Source: a virus
Lineage: Duplodnaviria > Caudoviricetes
Length of the DNA: 53,864 bases
Direction: 5' to 3' (one strand)
IMG/VR virus record: IMGVR_UViG_3300034068_000313
Coordinates: 1-53,864 of that record
Part shown: positions 36,099 to 44,628 of the stretch, piece after piece
How the letters are laid out: each line of letters begins with the position of its first letter
Position numbering within the stretch: position 1 is the stretch's first letter
Position numbers and translations under genes: made by a program
Notes under the pieces: model-generated
Told to the model about the DNA's origin: nothing
The model's input: only the letters and a program-made list of their open reading frames with translations
Database searches by the model: none

Positions 36099-37246
36099 TC
36101 TGTTTCTCCTTTGGCTGCTGTGATTAGGTTTTCTATTGACCCCTCGGCGAGGTGTAGGTGTAAACCTTTGTCGCCTTGTGACTTTGTTTCAGTACCCGTC
36201 GCACGGTAGTGATGCAACTTGTTTGCCCTAGTGGGCAGTGGTACCGCGCCGTGTTTCTTTCTTAGGAACTGTTCGTACGCACGCCAAGAGTTAGCCGCTA
36301 CGGGAATGATCTTTGTTCTGTGGTAGCGCGAGCGGTCGGCTATGTCTTCAGGGTCGCCGCCGTACTTACGAATGAACGGTGCCAACTTGTAGATCGACTG
36401 TGCGTCGCCTACGCCACACGTTTCGAACTTACGACCTGTCCACACTGCGAGTCGACCGAAGCGGTGACCCATTCCCCACGACGATGAGTCAACACTGAAC
36501 CAAGGTAACGCTTGAATGATGTCGTTGCGTGTTTGCCCGAAGCCGTGAAACACTGTGTCCTTACCCTCAACTCGTTTGAAGCAGGTTGCTGTCCACTTCA
36601 ACGCTGTAGGTCCGGGTACACCTACCATTCCACCGAGCGCGATGTAGCCGTAGTCCTTTGCCATGTCGTCAAGCACTTTGAGGTCGGTGCCAGTGTGTAC
36701 GACTGGCATTGGGTTCAAGCCTTGGTTCTCTAAGTACCGTTGATTGACCGCTGTTGCTTTCGCATCTCTAATGACGTCAAGGTTTACGTATGTCGTGAAC
36801 AGTGATTCCCATTGCTTCAACCAAGCCGCGTAGTCCGCAACCTTTACGTCGGCACCCTGTGAGTAAGCACTGAACGCACCCGAGTCGGCGAACACCATTG
36901 GGCGTGTTGGGAACTTTGCTAACACTGCCGCGATGTCGACCTTCTTGTAGTAGTGATATGAGATCAACATCTTGAAGGGTTGTGCTTGTGTTGCTTGTGC
37001 GGTGGGGAGTTGTTTCTCTTCTCCGCTTAGGGCTAAGTGAAGGTTGAGTCCTTCGGTGTGTTCTTTCATGTCTGCCTCTGCGATTGGGGGAACACTGTTG
37101 AGAGCACTGAGTACGAGGTACACGTGCGGACCTGTGTTGGTGATTGCATTGGCTTCATCGGTCTTTGTGACAAGGTATACGTGAGGTCCGTTACTCGTTG
37201 ATGAGTGGGTCGGCGTAGTCGAGGAGTGTGTTGATTCGTTCGTCAT
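36095..37246 (-). CDS. dpdA: DNA-guanine transglycosylase (TGT-like, DpdA)
   Basis: ISYHY…FADSGAFS…NLDVI…PVVH…IALGG…HGFG…SVDSSSW; located in the que cluster. Confidence 0.85.
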   Translation of the reverse strand: MTNESTHSSTTPTHSSTSNGPHVYLVTKTDEANAITNTGPHVYLVLSALNSVPPIAEADMKEHTEGLNLHLALSGEEKQLPTAQATQAQPFKMLISYHYYKKVDIAAVLAKFPTRPMVFADSGAFSAYSQGADVKVADYAAWLKQWESLFTTYVNLDVIRDAKATAVNQRYLENQGLNPMPVVHTGTDLKVLDDMAKDYGYIALGGMVGVPGPTALKWTATCFKRVEGKDTVFHGFGQTRNDIIQALPWFSVDSSSWGMGHRFGRLAVWTGRKFETCGVGDAQSIYKLAPFIRKYGGDPEDIADRSRYHRTKIIPVAANSWRAYEQFLRKKHGAVPLPTRANKLHHYRATGTETKSQGDKGLHLHLAEGSIENLITAAKGETE

Positions 37247-37793
37247 CGTCCTTGCCTTCTACTGTTGCGAACACTCGTTGCCAGCGTGCGTTGGTTTCGG
37301 GTTCGACCTTGATTGAGATGGTGGGGTTGAACACTGAGTCGTCGTCATGAGCACCAATGTTCTTGATGAGGTCATCAAGGTTCGGTGGAGTCAAGAGTCG
37401 TTCTAAGTCTTCAAGGTCGATGTCGTTGTATCCCGAACCCTCTAGCCCGCCTTCGGCTTGTGTTAGGCGTAGTAGGTCGATCAACAGGTCGTCATCGTAA
37501 GACGCGACGTCGTTTGAACGGTTGTCCACGAGCAGTAGTTTGCGAGCCTGTTGGTCATCTACATCAACCCAAAGCACGGGTATCTGTTCGATGCCTACAT
37601 TGACCGCAGCCTGATAGCGGTGGTTACCGACGACGATGTGGCGTGTTGCCTTCTGTACTACAAGCGCACCATAGAAGCCGTTGGTACGGATTGAATCCTC
37701 AAGTCGGTCTAGGTTGCCGCGGCGTGCGTTCTCAGGGTGGAGTTCGAGTGTGCTTACATCGACCAGTTCGTAATCACTTGGTAGCAGATTCAT
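37191..37793 (-). CDS. ParB/Srx-like N-terminal domain protein
   Basis: HPENARRG…SIRTNGF…IVVGNHRYQAA…LVDNR; directly upstream of dpdA. Confidence 0.88.
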   Translation of the reverse strand: MNLLPSDYELVDVSTLELHPENARRGNLDRLEDSIRTNGFYGALVVQKATRHIVVGNHRYQAAVNVGIEQIPVLWVDVDDQQARKLLLVDNRSNDVASYDDDLLIDLLRLTQAEGGLEGSGYNDIDLEDLERLLTPPNLDDLIKNIGAHDDDSVFNPTISIKVEPETNARWQRVFATVEGKDDDERINTLLDYADPLINE

Positions 37794-38022
37794 CGTTGTC
37801 CTTTCGGTGGATCTCATTCCACACTGTTTGATTCGTCAGGCCGAGGGCATTGGCGATTTGGCGTTGGGGAAGTTTGTCGTCCTTCCATGCTGACCGTATC
37901 AGGTTCCTGCGCTCATTGTTGCGATTCATGATCTCTTGTTCGAGCCGACGCATCTCTTCAGTGAGGTGTCGAGCCTTCTCAAGTTTCTCATTCATGGATT
38001 CAGTTGTGATTGTGTCTGTCAT
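37774..38022 (-). CDS. Small HTH DNA-binding protein
   Basis: LPQRQIANALGLTNQTVWNEI. Confidence 0.8.
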   Translation of the reverse strand: MTDTITTESMNEKLEKARHLTEEMRRLEQEIMNRNNERRNLIRSAWKDDKLPQRQIANALGLTNQTVWNEIHRKDNDESATK

Positions 38023-38023
38023 T

Positions 38024-38362
38024 TCAGCCTCCTACGGCACGTACATTGGCACAGATTGTTCTCATCGCGTCAAGCCTTGAACGGGAAGCGATGAGGGATT
38101 GTTGGGTTGCTTTCTCACGGCCCGTGAGTAGTTGCCATTGTCGAAACTCGTCCGCAGCGCGAAGGTGTGCCACTGCGTCTTTGGTTGCGACAGGTATTTT
38201 GCCTTCTTGTTCGAAGATGGCACGGGCGTGTTTGTAACGGTACGACGACTCCGCTTCGGCTCGTTCCGTAGAGAGTTGCAGTAGTAACTCAATGTCGGTC
38301 TCCATGCGTGTACAGATTCGAAGCATCTCTGCTTCAAGATCCATTTGAGATATGTTGTTCAT
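38024..38362 (-). CDS. Helical hypothetical protein in the recombination block
   Basis: MNNISQMDLEAEMLR…RLDAMRTICANVR; coupled to rusA. Confidence 0.7.
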   Translation of the reverse strand: MNNISQMDLEAEMLRICTRMETDIELLLQLSTERAEAESSYRYKHARAIFEQEGKIPVATKDAVAHLRAADEFRQWQLLTGREKATQQSLIASRSRLDAMRTICANVRAVGG

Positions 38363-38724
38363 TCTTCCTCGGTCACTATGAGCCGAAGTCCATCTCGTCC
38401 GCACACTTGCACAGCGTGAAAGGTTATTGACGATAGGTATTCGGGATTGTCGTCTTTGATAACGCCTGAGTCGACGATGCCATCTATTGCCGCTTTCACG
38501 GCTGGATAACAAGCACCAACGTCGGGTCGCCACCGTTTGTCTTTTGCTAATGGGATTACGTCGACTCTTATCTTCTTGAGTTTCGGTACGCCCGCTTGCC
38601 TTGCCAAGATCAACCATCGCTCGCGTGTGTCTTTGATCATTCGCGCACGCTTGTGATGATGCCATGTTCGTTCGGCGTTAGTTGTCCACGGACGAACCGT
38701 GTCCTCTATCGAATACCGAACCAT
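38359..38724 (-). CDS. rusA: RusA-like Holliday junction resolvase
   Basis: PD…YPAVKAAIDGIVDSGVIKDDN. Confidence 0.85.
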   Translation of the reverse strand: MVRYSIEDTVRPWTTNAERTWHHHKRARMIKDTRERWLILARQAGVPKLKKIRVDVIPLAKDKRWRPDVGACYPAVKAAIDGIVDSGVIKDDNPEYLSSITFHAVQVCGRDGLRLIVTEEE

Positions 38725-38748
38725 GTCAGGAGCATAGCCCCTGTTGAA

Positions 38749-39090
38749 CTAGGACAGGAGTAACCCTACCGACGATGCTAACGATGGCCTCGCGTGAATC
38801 CAGTTGTGACACCACCGACATACGACGACCATGTTGTTCGCATCGGTGATTGACCCACCACGAGCACGTGTCAATGGTTCGTGTACGTCGTGTGCTTCGC
38901 CTGAGCACCTGTGTTCACTGTCTACTACCGCTATCAACCGACCCGCTTCACACGTAAGCCTTGAACTCATAACGTCTTTGACGACCTTGGTTCGTACCCT
39001 GTTTTCTTTGGCGCGTTTCTTTGAGACCTTACGTGGAGGCTCGCCACGTTTGAGCGGAGTGTTTCGCGCAATAGGTTTGCGTTCTTTCAT
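38749..39090 (-). CDS. HNH endonuclease
   Basis: CE…C…DVHEPLTRARGG…NMVVVCRWCHNWIH. Confidence 0.85.
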   Translation of the reverse strand: MKERKPIARNTPLKRGEPPRKVSKKRAKENRVRTKVVKDVMSSRLTCEAGRLIAVVDSEHRCSGEAHDVHEPLTRARGGSITDANNMVVVCRWCHNWIHARPSLASSVGLLLS

Positions 39091-39298
39091 GGGGCAATGC
39101 TAACGCGTGCTCACTGATCTGTCTGACAGTCGGGAAGTGCTTTCGGTACACAGCGTGCCACACGATTGCGTTCATGAGATCGTTCTCATCTAACGAACTC
39201 CAAGCCTCGATGTACGTGTCCATGTCCATCACGCTTAGTTCCCTGTGATAGATACCTAGCATCGTCTCTAACGCGATGAACGCTTGTTCTCGGCTCAT
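39029..39298 (-). CDS. Putative helicase loader/inhibitor (G39P-like)
   Basis: Directly after the initiator; W..L…AI..H…FPTV..I pattern. Confidence 0.55.
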   Translation of the reverse strand: MSREQAFIALETMLGIYHRELSVMDMDTYIEAWSSLDENDLMNAIVWHAVYRKHFPTVRQISEHALALPHERTQTYCAKHSAQTWRAST

Positions 39299-40086
39299 TG
39301 TTTCTTATTTGCTTTCTCACGTAGTAATCGCAACGTGGACGTCGTCGTAGCAGTTGGGTTTCTAAAGCAGTCACGGAAGTATTCAAGGCGTTCACAATCT
39401 CTCAACAGCAATGTGATGTCGTTGTAAACCTTGCTCGCCTCGTTGTGGCCACAATGCCACGGCGACCTCTGCCAACCACGAACAGCATCAAGTACATCGT
39501 CCAGCGAGTAGTTATCTAACGCCCACTCAATCCGTTCACGACGCTTGTCATCAAGTTTGGTTCGTTTCGCTTGACGACCACTGCACTCAATCCATTCGTT
39601 GTACACAAGTCGAACATCACTTACGAAGAACTCTTGTTCAATTGGGTCTTGTTTATTGGTTCTAGTTAGTTCCGCATCTGTGCGGGTAGGGGTCGGGGCA
39701 TCTGTGCGGGTAGGGGTAGTCGCACCCGTGAGACCAGTACCCGCAAGCGTGCGGCTACCCTGTGCGTTGTCCTGTGTACGACGAACGATGTACAGATTGG
39801 ATTGCCACACCACTCCGTCACGACGACGAACAACAGTGAGCGCACCTATACCGACCAGTTCTTTGATGAACCTGTCGACCGTATCCGTCGACACTCTAAG
39901 TCTTGAACCAAGTGTTGCTCGGCTAGGGAACGCCTCACCTGTTGCGTAGTCCGCGTACCTTGAGATCAACGCATACAACCTGACAGCACCATGACTTACC
40001 TCAGCAACAATGACCCACTCAGGAATGATTGAGAACGGACCTGTATCGCTAACAACTTGATCACTTTGATATGCTTTGCTTACCAC
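39295..40086 (-). CDS. Replication initiator with N-terminal winged HTH
   Basis: FSIIPEW…AVRLYALI…AFPSRATL…TVDRFIKEL…SNLY; internal repeats. Confidence 0.85.
   Translation of the reverse strand: MVSKAYQSDQVVSDTGPFSIIPEWVIVAEVSHGAVRLYALISRYADYATGEAFPSRATLGSRLRVSTDTVDRFIKELVGIGALTVVRRRDGVVWQSNLYIVRRTQDNAQGSRTLAGTGLTGATTPTRTDAPTPTRTDAELTRTNKQDPIEQEFFVSDVRLVYNEWIECSGRQAKRTKLDDKRRERIEWALDNYSLDDVLDAVRGWQRSPWHCGHNEASKVYNDITLLLRDCERLEYFRDCFRNPTATTTSTLRLLREKANKKQ
39674..39717. repeat. Iteron-like repeats inside the initiator gene (candidate replication origin)
   Basis: GCATCTGTGCGGGTAGGGGT twice at 24-bp spacing, with degenerate copies to about 39762. Confidence 0.7.
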
Positions 40087-40104
40087 TGACTCTCCTGTCT
40101 GTGA

Positions 40105-40144
40105 GAAGGCAGGCCACGTTCATCGGGACTCGTGGCCTGCCTTC
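40105..40144 (-). terminator. 14-bp stem hairpin after the DUF932 gene
   Basis: GAAGGCAGGCCACG / CGTGGCCTGCCTTC. Confidence 0.65.
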
Positions 40145-40150
40145 GTCATT

Positions 40151-41149
40151 TCACGCGGGCTGTAGCCAACGGTCCATCACACGGTACACGCGATCGCTCG
40201 TCATGGTAACGGGCATGATGGATAGGTGCGAACCAAGTAACTGCTCTGACTGTTGAGCAGTTGGGTATTGGTCGCGTCCCCACTGTTCAAGTTCTGTGAT
40301 TGAGTTGTACAAGCCCCAAGCAGTTGAACGTTGACTGTTCGGGATTGTCTTGGAGTTCTGTAAGTTCACCAACACTTGAGCACGCTTCTCTTGACGACCC
40401 TCAAGTGCTCGACCTTCAAGTTCACGACCCTTTACAGTGAGCGGTGCGACGACATCCAACACCTGCTCGGTACGTTCACCTGTGAGTTCGGTGTTCAACA
40501 GTTTGTCGATTTGAATGTCGAGGTACTTGTAGTACGCCGAAGTCAATCCAAGAATGGACGCAACGTAATCAACACGGTCCATCACCTTCGACGTGTGACG
40601 CAATGACACCACAGGGCGTTCACTGTTCTTGCCGCGCTTCGTAAAGATGGCTCGTACTTGGTTTGTGCAGTGTGGGCGTAGTGGCGTGCAAGCAAACTTG
40701 ACTCCACTCGAACCATCAAACGAGTTCACAAAGCACAGGTACGGGTCGATCTCCCCTGTCTGCAATTCGACATCGAGTTTGCCTGCCATGAACACGGCAG
40801 CGCCACGGCGTAACACTCCACCGAACTCGGGTGACCAGCCAGTGAGACTCATGGCTTCGATCATTGATACTGCTTCACGTGTTTGTACTACGTGGTAGCG
40901 AGCGCCAACAGGTGCGATCGGTGTCAGTGTGTCCTTGCGGTAGGTGAGTTGATAGTTGCCAACCTTCTCACTCATACAGATCGGGTCCTCATCAGGCGAC
41001 GTCCACAACGTAGGGACTGACGCGTGCAATGGGTAGATGCCGACCTCAAAGTCGATACCTGCCTTAGCCATTCCTTCACTAATGCCTAAGCCTTGAATGT
41101 TCGAGCCTCGACGACTCCATGCTGGCTGACGTTCTTCTGCGGTAATCAT
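40151..41149 (-). CDS. DUF932 (DUF945) family phage/plasmid protein
   Basis: VGARYHVVQ…NSFDGSS…TPLRPHCTNQ…RHT…TAWGLYNSITE. Confidence 0.85.
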   Translation of the reverse strand: MITAEERQPAWSRRGSNIQGLGISEGMAKAGIDFEVGIYPLHASVPTLWTSPDEDPICMSEKVGNYQLTYRKDTLTPIAPVGARYHVVQTREAVSMIEAMSLTGWSPEFGGVLRRGAAVFMAGKLDVELQTGEIDPYLCFVNSFDGSSGVKFACTPLRPHCTNQVRAIFTKRGKNSERPVVSLRHTSKVMDRVDYVASILGLTSAYYKYLDIQIDKLLNTELTGERTEQVLDVVAPLTVKGRELEGRALEGRQEKRAQVLVNLQNSKTIPNSQRSTAWGLYNSITELEQWGRDQYPTAQQSEQLLGSHLSIMPVTMTSDRVYRVMDRWLQPA

Positions 41150-42072
41150 TGTTCTATCTCCTGTTGTGTTGTGGTTGTTTGTGATTTGCTTCCAAGCGTT
41201 GCGCGCTTTGGTTTCATTTCATCAAGCGCGGCGCGCATGGCGACGACGCTTTCGTGTGCGCCGAGGTCAATGTCTTGTACGACTTCGGCGTCAAAGATTT
41301 GTTCGACGTATTCGGTACTCGTTTCGATGGCAACTGTTTCAAGAGACAACAATGCTTCACGCATCATGGCGTCTAGTTCTTCACGGGCTACAGGGTTCGA
41401 GCCGCGCTCACCCCACAGTTCTTTCGCGAGGGTCTTGTTACCTTCACAGCACTCAAGCAGTTCGGTCTTCGCAACAATGGCACTGACCATAGGTACTGCG
41501 AACGGGTCGTCCTCAACCATCTCGCCTGTCTCATTGACGATGGCACCGAGTTCTTCGGGGACGTAGCCCGCACCAAGTACGACGTCGGGGAACAGGACAC
41601 GGCACAGAGCCGACACGGAACGCCACGTGAGCATCGCGTCCTCGTAGTTCTTCCAGTTCGTCTTGCCAGCCAGTCCAGCACGCTTGGCGTCAAGGGTTGT
41701 GAACTCGGCGATGTGCTCGTCTCCGTTGTCCTTACGATGACCAACAGCCTTAGCGATACGGCACGGCTGGTTATCTCGAACGCCGTCAAAGGTTGAGACG
41801 CTTACAGAGTGTCCGTGTTGCCGTACTAGACCGAGCATGGCTTCGGGACGTAACGACGCCGAGCCTTCGATCACGTGGTAGTTACGCATCGACGTCATGA
41901 TGTCCCAACCAAAGGACTGTCCAGCAAGGCCAGCCGCGATGATGTCGTAGTGCTTGCCTTGGTAGGCACGTGGAATGATTCGTGATTGAGCGAGTACGTC
42001 CGCTTGTTTCACCATGAGTGTGAACGCTGACGATGAGTCGGCGTACACAGTCAATGAGTTAGTGCTTGTCAT
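41146..42072 (-). CDS. recT: RecT-like single-strand annealing protein
   Basis: LAQSRIIPRAYQGK…HVIEG…DAKRAGL…NWKNY..AML..R…R.LFPDV.LG. Confidence 0.8.
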   Translation of the reverse strand: MTSTNSLTVYADSSSAFTLMVKQADVLAQSRIIPRAYQGKHYDIIAAGLAGQSFGWDIMTSMRNYHVIEGSASLRPEAMLGLVRQHGHSVSVSTFDGVRDNQPCRIAKAVGHRKDNGDEHIAEFTTLDAKRAGLAGKTNWKNYEDAMLTWRSVSALCRVLFPDVVLGAGYVPEELGAIVNETGEMVEDDPFAVPMVSAIVAKTELLECCEGNKTLAKELWGERGSNPVAREELDAMMREALLSLETVAIETSTEYVEQIFDAEVVQDIDLGAHESVVAMRAALDEMKPKRATLGSKSQTTTTQQEIEQ

Positions 42073-42165
42073 TTCTGTTCTCCTGTTTGTGTTGTCGGGT
42101 TGATGTGTTGATTGTACTGCGGGGGTGTAAGACTTATCGGGACAGGGAGTGTATTCATCTAAGCC

Positions 42166-42531
42166 TTAGCCGTTCCCTAGGACGATGAAGTTGGTCAAAG
42201 CCTGCAACGCACCACGGTCCTCTTGTTCGGCGATGTCAATGATTCGCTCGGCGTCGACCTTGAAGTCGAGGAAGTACGTGCCAGTGACTCCGGGTAGAGC
42301 CTCGGGTGGGCAGTCGGCGTCGTAATAGCCTTGGTCAATCCAACGTCCTGAGTCATCTTTGATTTCGATGTACGCAGTGTTGTCGAAGGGTTCACCGTCG
42401 GCGCTGTCGCAACGTGACAGGAGTAGGCGTACCTCTCCATCGTCGAACTTGAGGTCGCACGTGTGCGCGGCGACAAGTGTTGGCATCGCTTCGAGTTGCC
42501 GAGTGTTGGGGAGTTTGCGGTCGTTCCTCAT
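42166..42531 (-). CDS. Hypothetical protein
   Basis: AAGGAG RBS; coupled to the upstream gene. Confidence 0.7.
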   Translation of the reverse strand: MRNDRKLPNTRQLEAMPTLVAAHTCDLKFDDGEVRLLLSRCDSADGEPFDNTAYIEIKDDSGRWIDQGYYDADCPPEALPGVTGTYFLDFKVDAERIIDIAEQEDRGALQALTNFIVLGNG

Positions 42532-42794
42532 TCGCCTGACTCCTTGGGGTAGGGCAACACGTTGTTGTCGTCGTCCGTCAAGACGAGTGTGTACTCGGCT
42601 TGAAAGAGTTGTTCTTCGATGTCCTCAAGGACGAGTCGCTTGAACTCATTGAACAAACCCTTGCGACCCTCGGGGCTGCACTCGTCCCACTCTTCAGTGA
42701 AGGACCTGATCAAGTGATCTGTCATGATCATTCCTGTCGCCGCGAAATGGATTGCGTCAGGCCACGTGGACGGATTGTTTCGCTCACTCGTCAT
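42528..42794 (-). CDS. Acidic hypothetical protein
   Basis: AAGGTG RBS. Confidence 0.65.
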   Translation of the reverse strand: MTSERNNPSTWPDAIHFAATGMIMTDHLIRSFTEEWDECSPEGRKGLFNEFKRLVLEDIEEQLFQAEYTLVLTDDDNNVLPYPKESGE

Positions 42795-42795
42795 T

Positions 42796-43440
42796 TCACA
42801 CCTTCACTTTCTTGTTGTTCGTCACGACGACTTCGGTTGGGCGACACGCACGGCACGTACCGTCCGTAAGGCTTGTGAGCCAGTAGTCGCCGTTGGCGGC
42901 AACGCCTTTGACCTTTGCTGGGAACTTCTCAATCAAGTCAAGCCCGTAACGAGTCACGTGGCGCACGACCATGATCTCTGTACCAACTTCAAGTCCAACG
43001 ACGGCTTCGGTGGGGAGTTCGTCCCGCGTTGCTGTACCGTCGGCTCGCTTCGCCTTGACAGGCTGCTTGAGTTCGACGCCTGCGTATTCGGCTAACTCGT
43101 TGGCGATACGGAGTGAGTGTCGAAGGCTGTTGCTCTTGCGAGCCGAGTCGGCGAACACGCCCGCGAGCGATGCCCACTCACGGACACCGACGATGAACTC
43201 GGCTAACTCGCCTGCCTGCTCGCGGCTGTACACGGTGACGAGTTGGCGCGAAGCCTTATCGACACTCATTGCCCATACCGTCGGGGCTGACTCTTTCAAG
43301 GCGTGCAAGTAGTCGACGATCAAGTCGCGGACCATACCCGGAACGCTGAACTGCTTGACCTCTTGACCTGCTTTGTTGATTGGCTGCATGGCTATCTCCT
43401 GTTCTGTTGTTGTTGTGATTGTGAGATTCATTTCAGGCAC
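42796..43440 (-). CDS. Hypothetical protein
   Basis: Likely start at MQPINK behind ACAGGAGA; start uncertain. Confidence 0.7.
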   Translation of the reverse strand: MPEMNLTITTTTEQEIAMQPINKAGQEVKQFSVPGMVRDLIVDYLHALKESAPTVWAMSVDKASRQLVTVYSREQAGELAEFIVGVREWASLAGVFADSARKSNSLRHSLRIANELAEYAGVELKQPVKAKRADGTATRDELPTEAVVGLEVGTEIMVVRHVTRYGLDLIEKFPAKVKGVAANGDYWLTSLTDGTCRACRPTEVVVTNNKKVKV

Positions 43441-44011
43441 CGACCTTCATGTTGAGGAGTGCGTCGATCTGTGCGAACGACAAGGTGATGGTGACGCCTT
43501 CGCGTGTGCCGTGTGGGGCGTAGTCGTAGTCACTGAAGTTCATGGAGACCTTGGCGTCAAGACCAAGTGCTTCGCGGACGCTCTCGACAACTTGCTTACG
43601 TGCTGCCCAACGCTCTTCGAACTCTGCGTCGTCGCCAACGCCCATGACGCGTGCTTTGGCGTCGGCCTTGTAAGTGGCGTCCTGTAGTCGCTTGGTCGCC
43701 CACTTCACTTCGTCGGCAACAGTGCCACGCTCGGTCAATTCGGTAATCGGGATCGACGTGGTGCTGTCGCTCACTGTGTACAAACCGTTCTCGGCGTCGA
43801 TGGTCAAGGTGCGGCAAACCAAAACATTGATTTGACGGTAACGAGCGCGAGCGCCGTATGTGCCACGGACTTGCACTTCTTTCTTGTCGAGCAAGATGGG
43901 GACGTAGGTGCCGCCACCGTTGTATGCGCTGATCTTCACGGTACGAAAACCGCCGTATCCGTTTGCGACGTTTGCTTCGAGGAGTAGGGCTTGTGCTTCT
44001 TTGATGTTCAT
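43433..44011 (-). CDS. Hypothetical protein (first gene of cassette 4)
   Basis: AAAGGA RBS behind promoter P4. Confidence 0.75.
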   Translation of the reverse strand: MNIKEAQALLLEANVANGYGGFRTVKISAYNGGGTYVPILLDKKEVQVRGTYGARARYRQINVLVCRTLTIDAENGLYTVSDSTTSIPITELTERGTVADEVKWATKRLQDATYKADAKARVMGVGDDAEFEERWAARKQVVESVREALGLDAKVSMNFSDYDYAPHGTREGVTITLSFAQIDALLNMKVGA

Positions 44012-44056
44012 GATGTGGTGTCCTTTGTTGTGTTGGTTGAGTTGCTTACAAGTGAC

Positions 44057-44126
44057 ACACTACAACCGTAGTTTGACAATGATCAACCTATCCTCAAAAA
44101 GACCCCGTATGCAGGGCTTATGCAGG
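44057..44126 (-). promoter_or_regulatory. Promoter P4 (TTGATC-18-TAGTGT) with tandem TATGCAGG boxes upstream
   Basis: -10 at 44062..44057, -35 at 44086..44081; TATGCAGGGCTTATGCAGG at 44108..44126. Confidence 0.8.
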
Positions 44127-44246
44127 CGCGCCAATGAGTTTTCGCTGTAGCCCCCACAGAATCGCCGACACGGTTTGCCCCTCGTAAGGCTAGGGCTGGG
44201 CCACGATCGCGCCCCACAGAGCGCGACAGCGTGGCATACGACGGAA

Positions 44247-44432
44247 CTACAGCCCGCGTATCAAAGCATCAACACGTGACTGCGCTACGTCCTCAGTCGT
44301 TTGCAACACTGCTTGCCACTGCGTACCACGCTTCGAGCAGTACCAACAATCGACGAACGCGTCAACAGACCACGTGACGTCACATGACTGACAGTGAAGG
44401 TCAGCGAGTGATGGTCGTGGAGTGGAACTCAA
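44247..44432 (-). CDS. Possible small zinc-finger protein
   Basis: CQSC…CWYC; start uncertain. Confidence 0.45.
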   Translation of the reverse strand: MSSTPRPSLADLHCQSCDVTWSVDAFVDCWYCSKRGTQWQAVLQTTEDVAQSRVDALIRGL

Positions 44433-44625
44433 GATGTCTGTCGAGCCGTTGTTGAATGACGCCGATGTCTTGACGCGCTAGAGACACTTCGGCGAACACA
44501 CGTTCTTGCTGACGCAAAGAACGCTCATGCTGGTCTGTGTTGCGTCGTTCAAGCCTTGTAAGAACGACAGTGAGTGGACCGCCTGCGCCTACGAAAGCAA
44601 CGACGACGGCAATCCACTGAGCCAC
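44401..44625 (-). CDS. Membrane-anchored coiled-coil lysis accessory protein
   Basis: N-terminal TM segment; RLDRHLEFH tail; follows the endolysin. Confidence 0.7.
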   Translation of the reverse strand: MAQWIAVVVAFVGAGGPLTVVLTRLERRNTDQHERSLRQQERVFAEVSLARQDIGVIQQRLDRHLEFHSTTITR

Positions 44626-44628
44626 AAC

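Noticed and set aside
33332-37246. Queuosine tRNA-modification pathway as an auxiliary metabolic module
   Set aside because: No QueF, QueA or QueG and no tRNAs seen; the TGT-like gene looks like phage DpdA with a ParB-like neighbour, which points to DNA modification
37191-37793. ParB as a plasmid-prophage partition system
   Set aside because: No ParA or parS array seen; only the N-terminal domain is present, coupled to dpdA
38749-39090. HNH gene as a mobile homing endonuclease or intron
   Set aside because: Short stand-alone HNH beside rusA with no interrupted host gene; ordinary for phage recombination blocks
39674-39762. Short direct repeats as a mini-CRISPR
   Set aside because: Only two exact copies with a 4-bp gap, inside the initiator gene; typical of iterons
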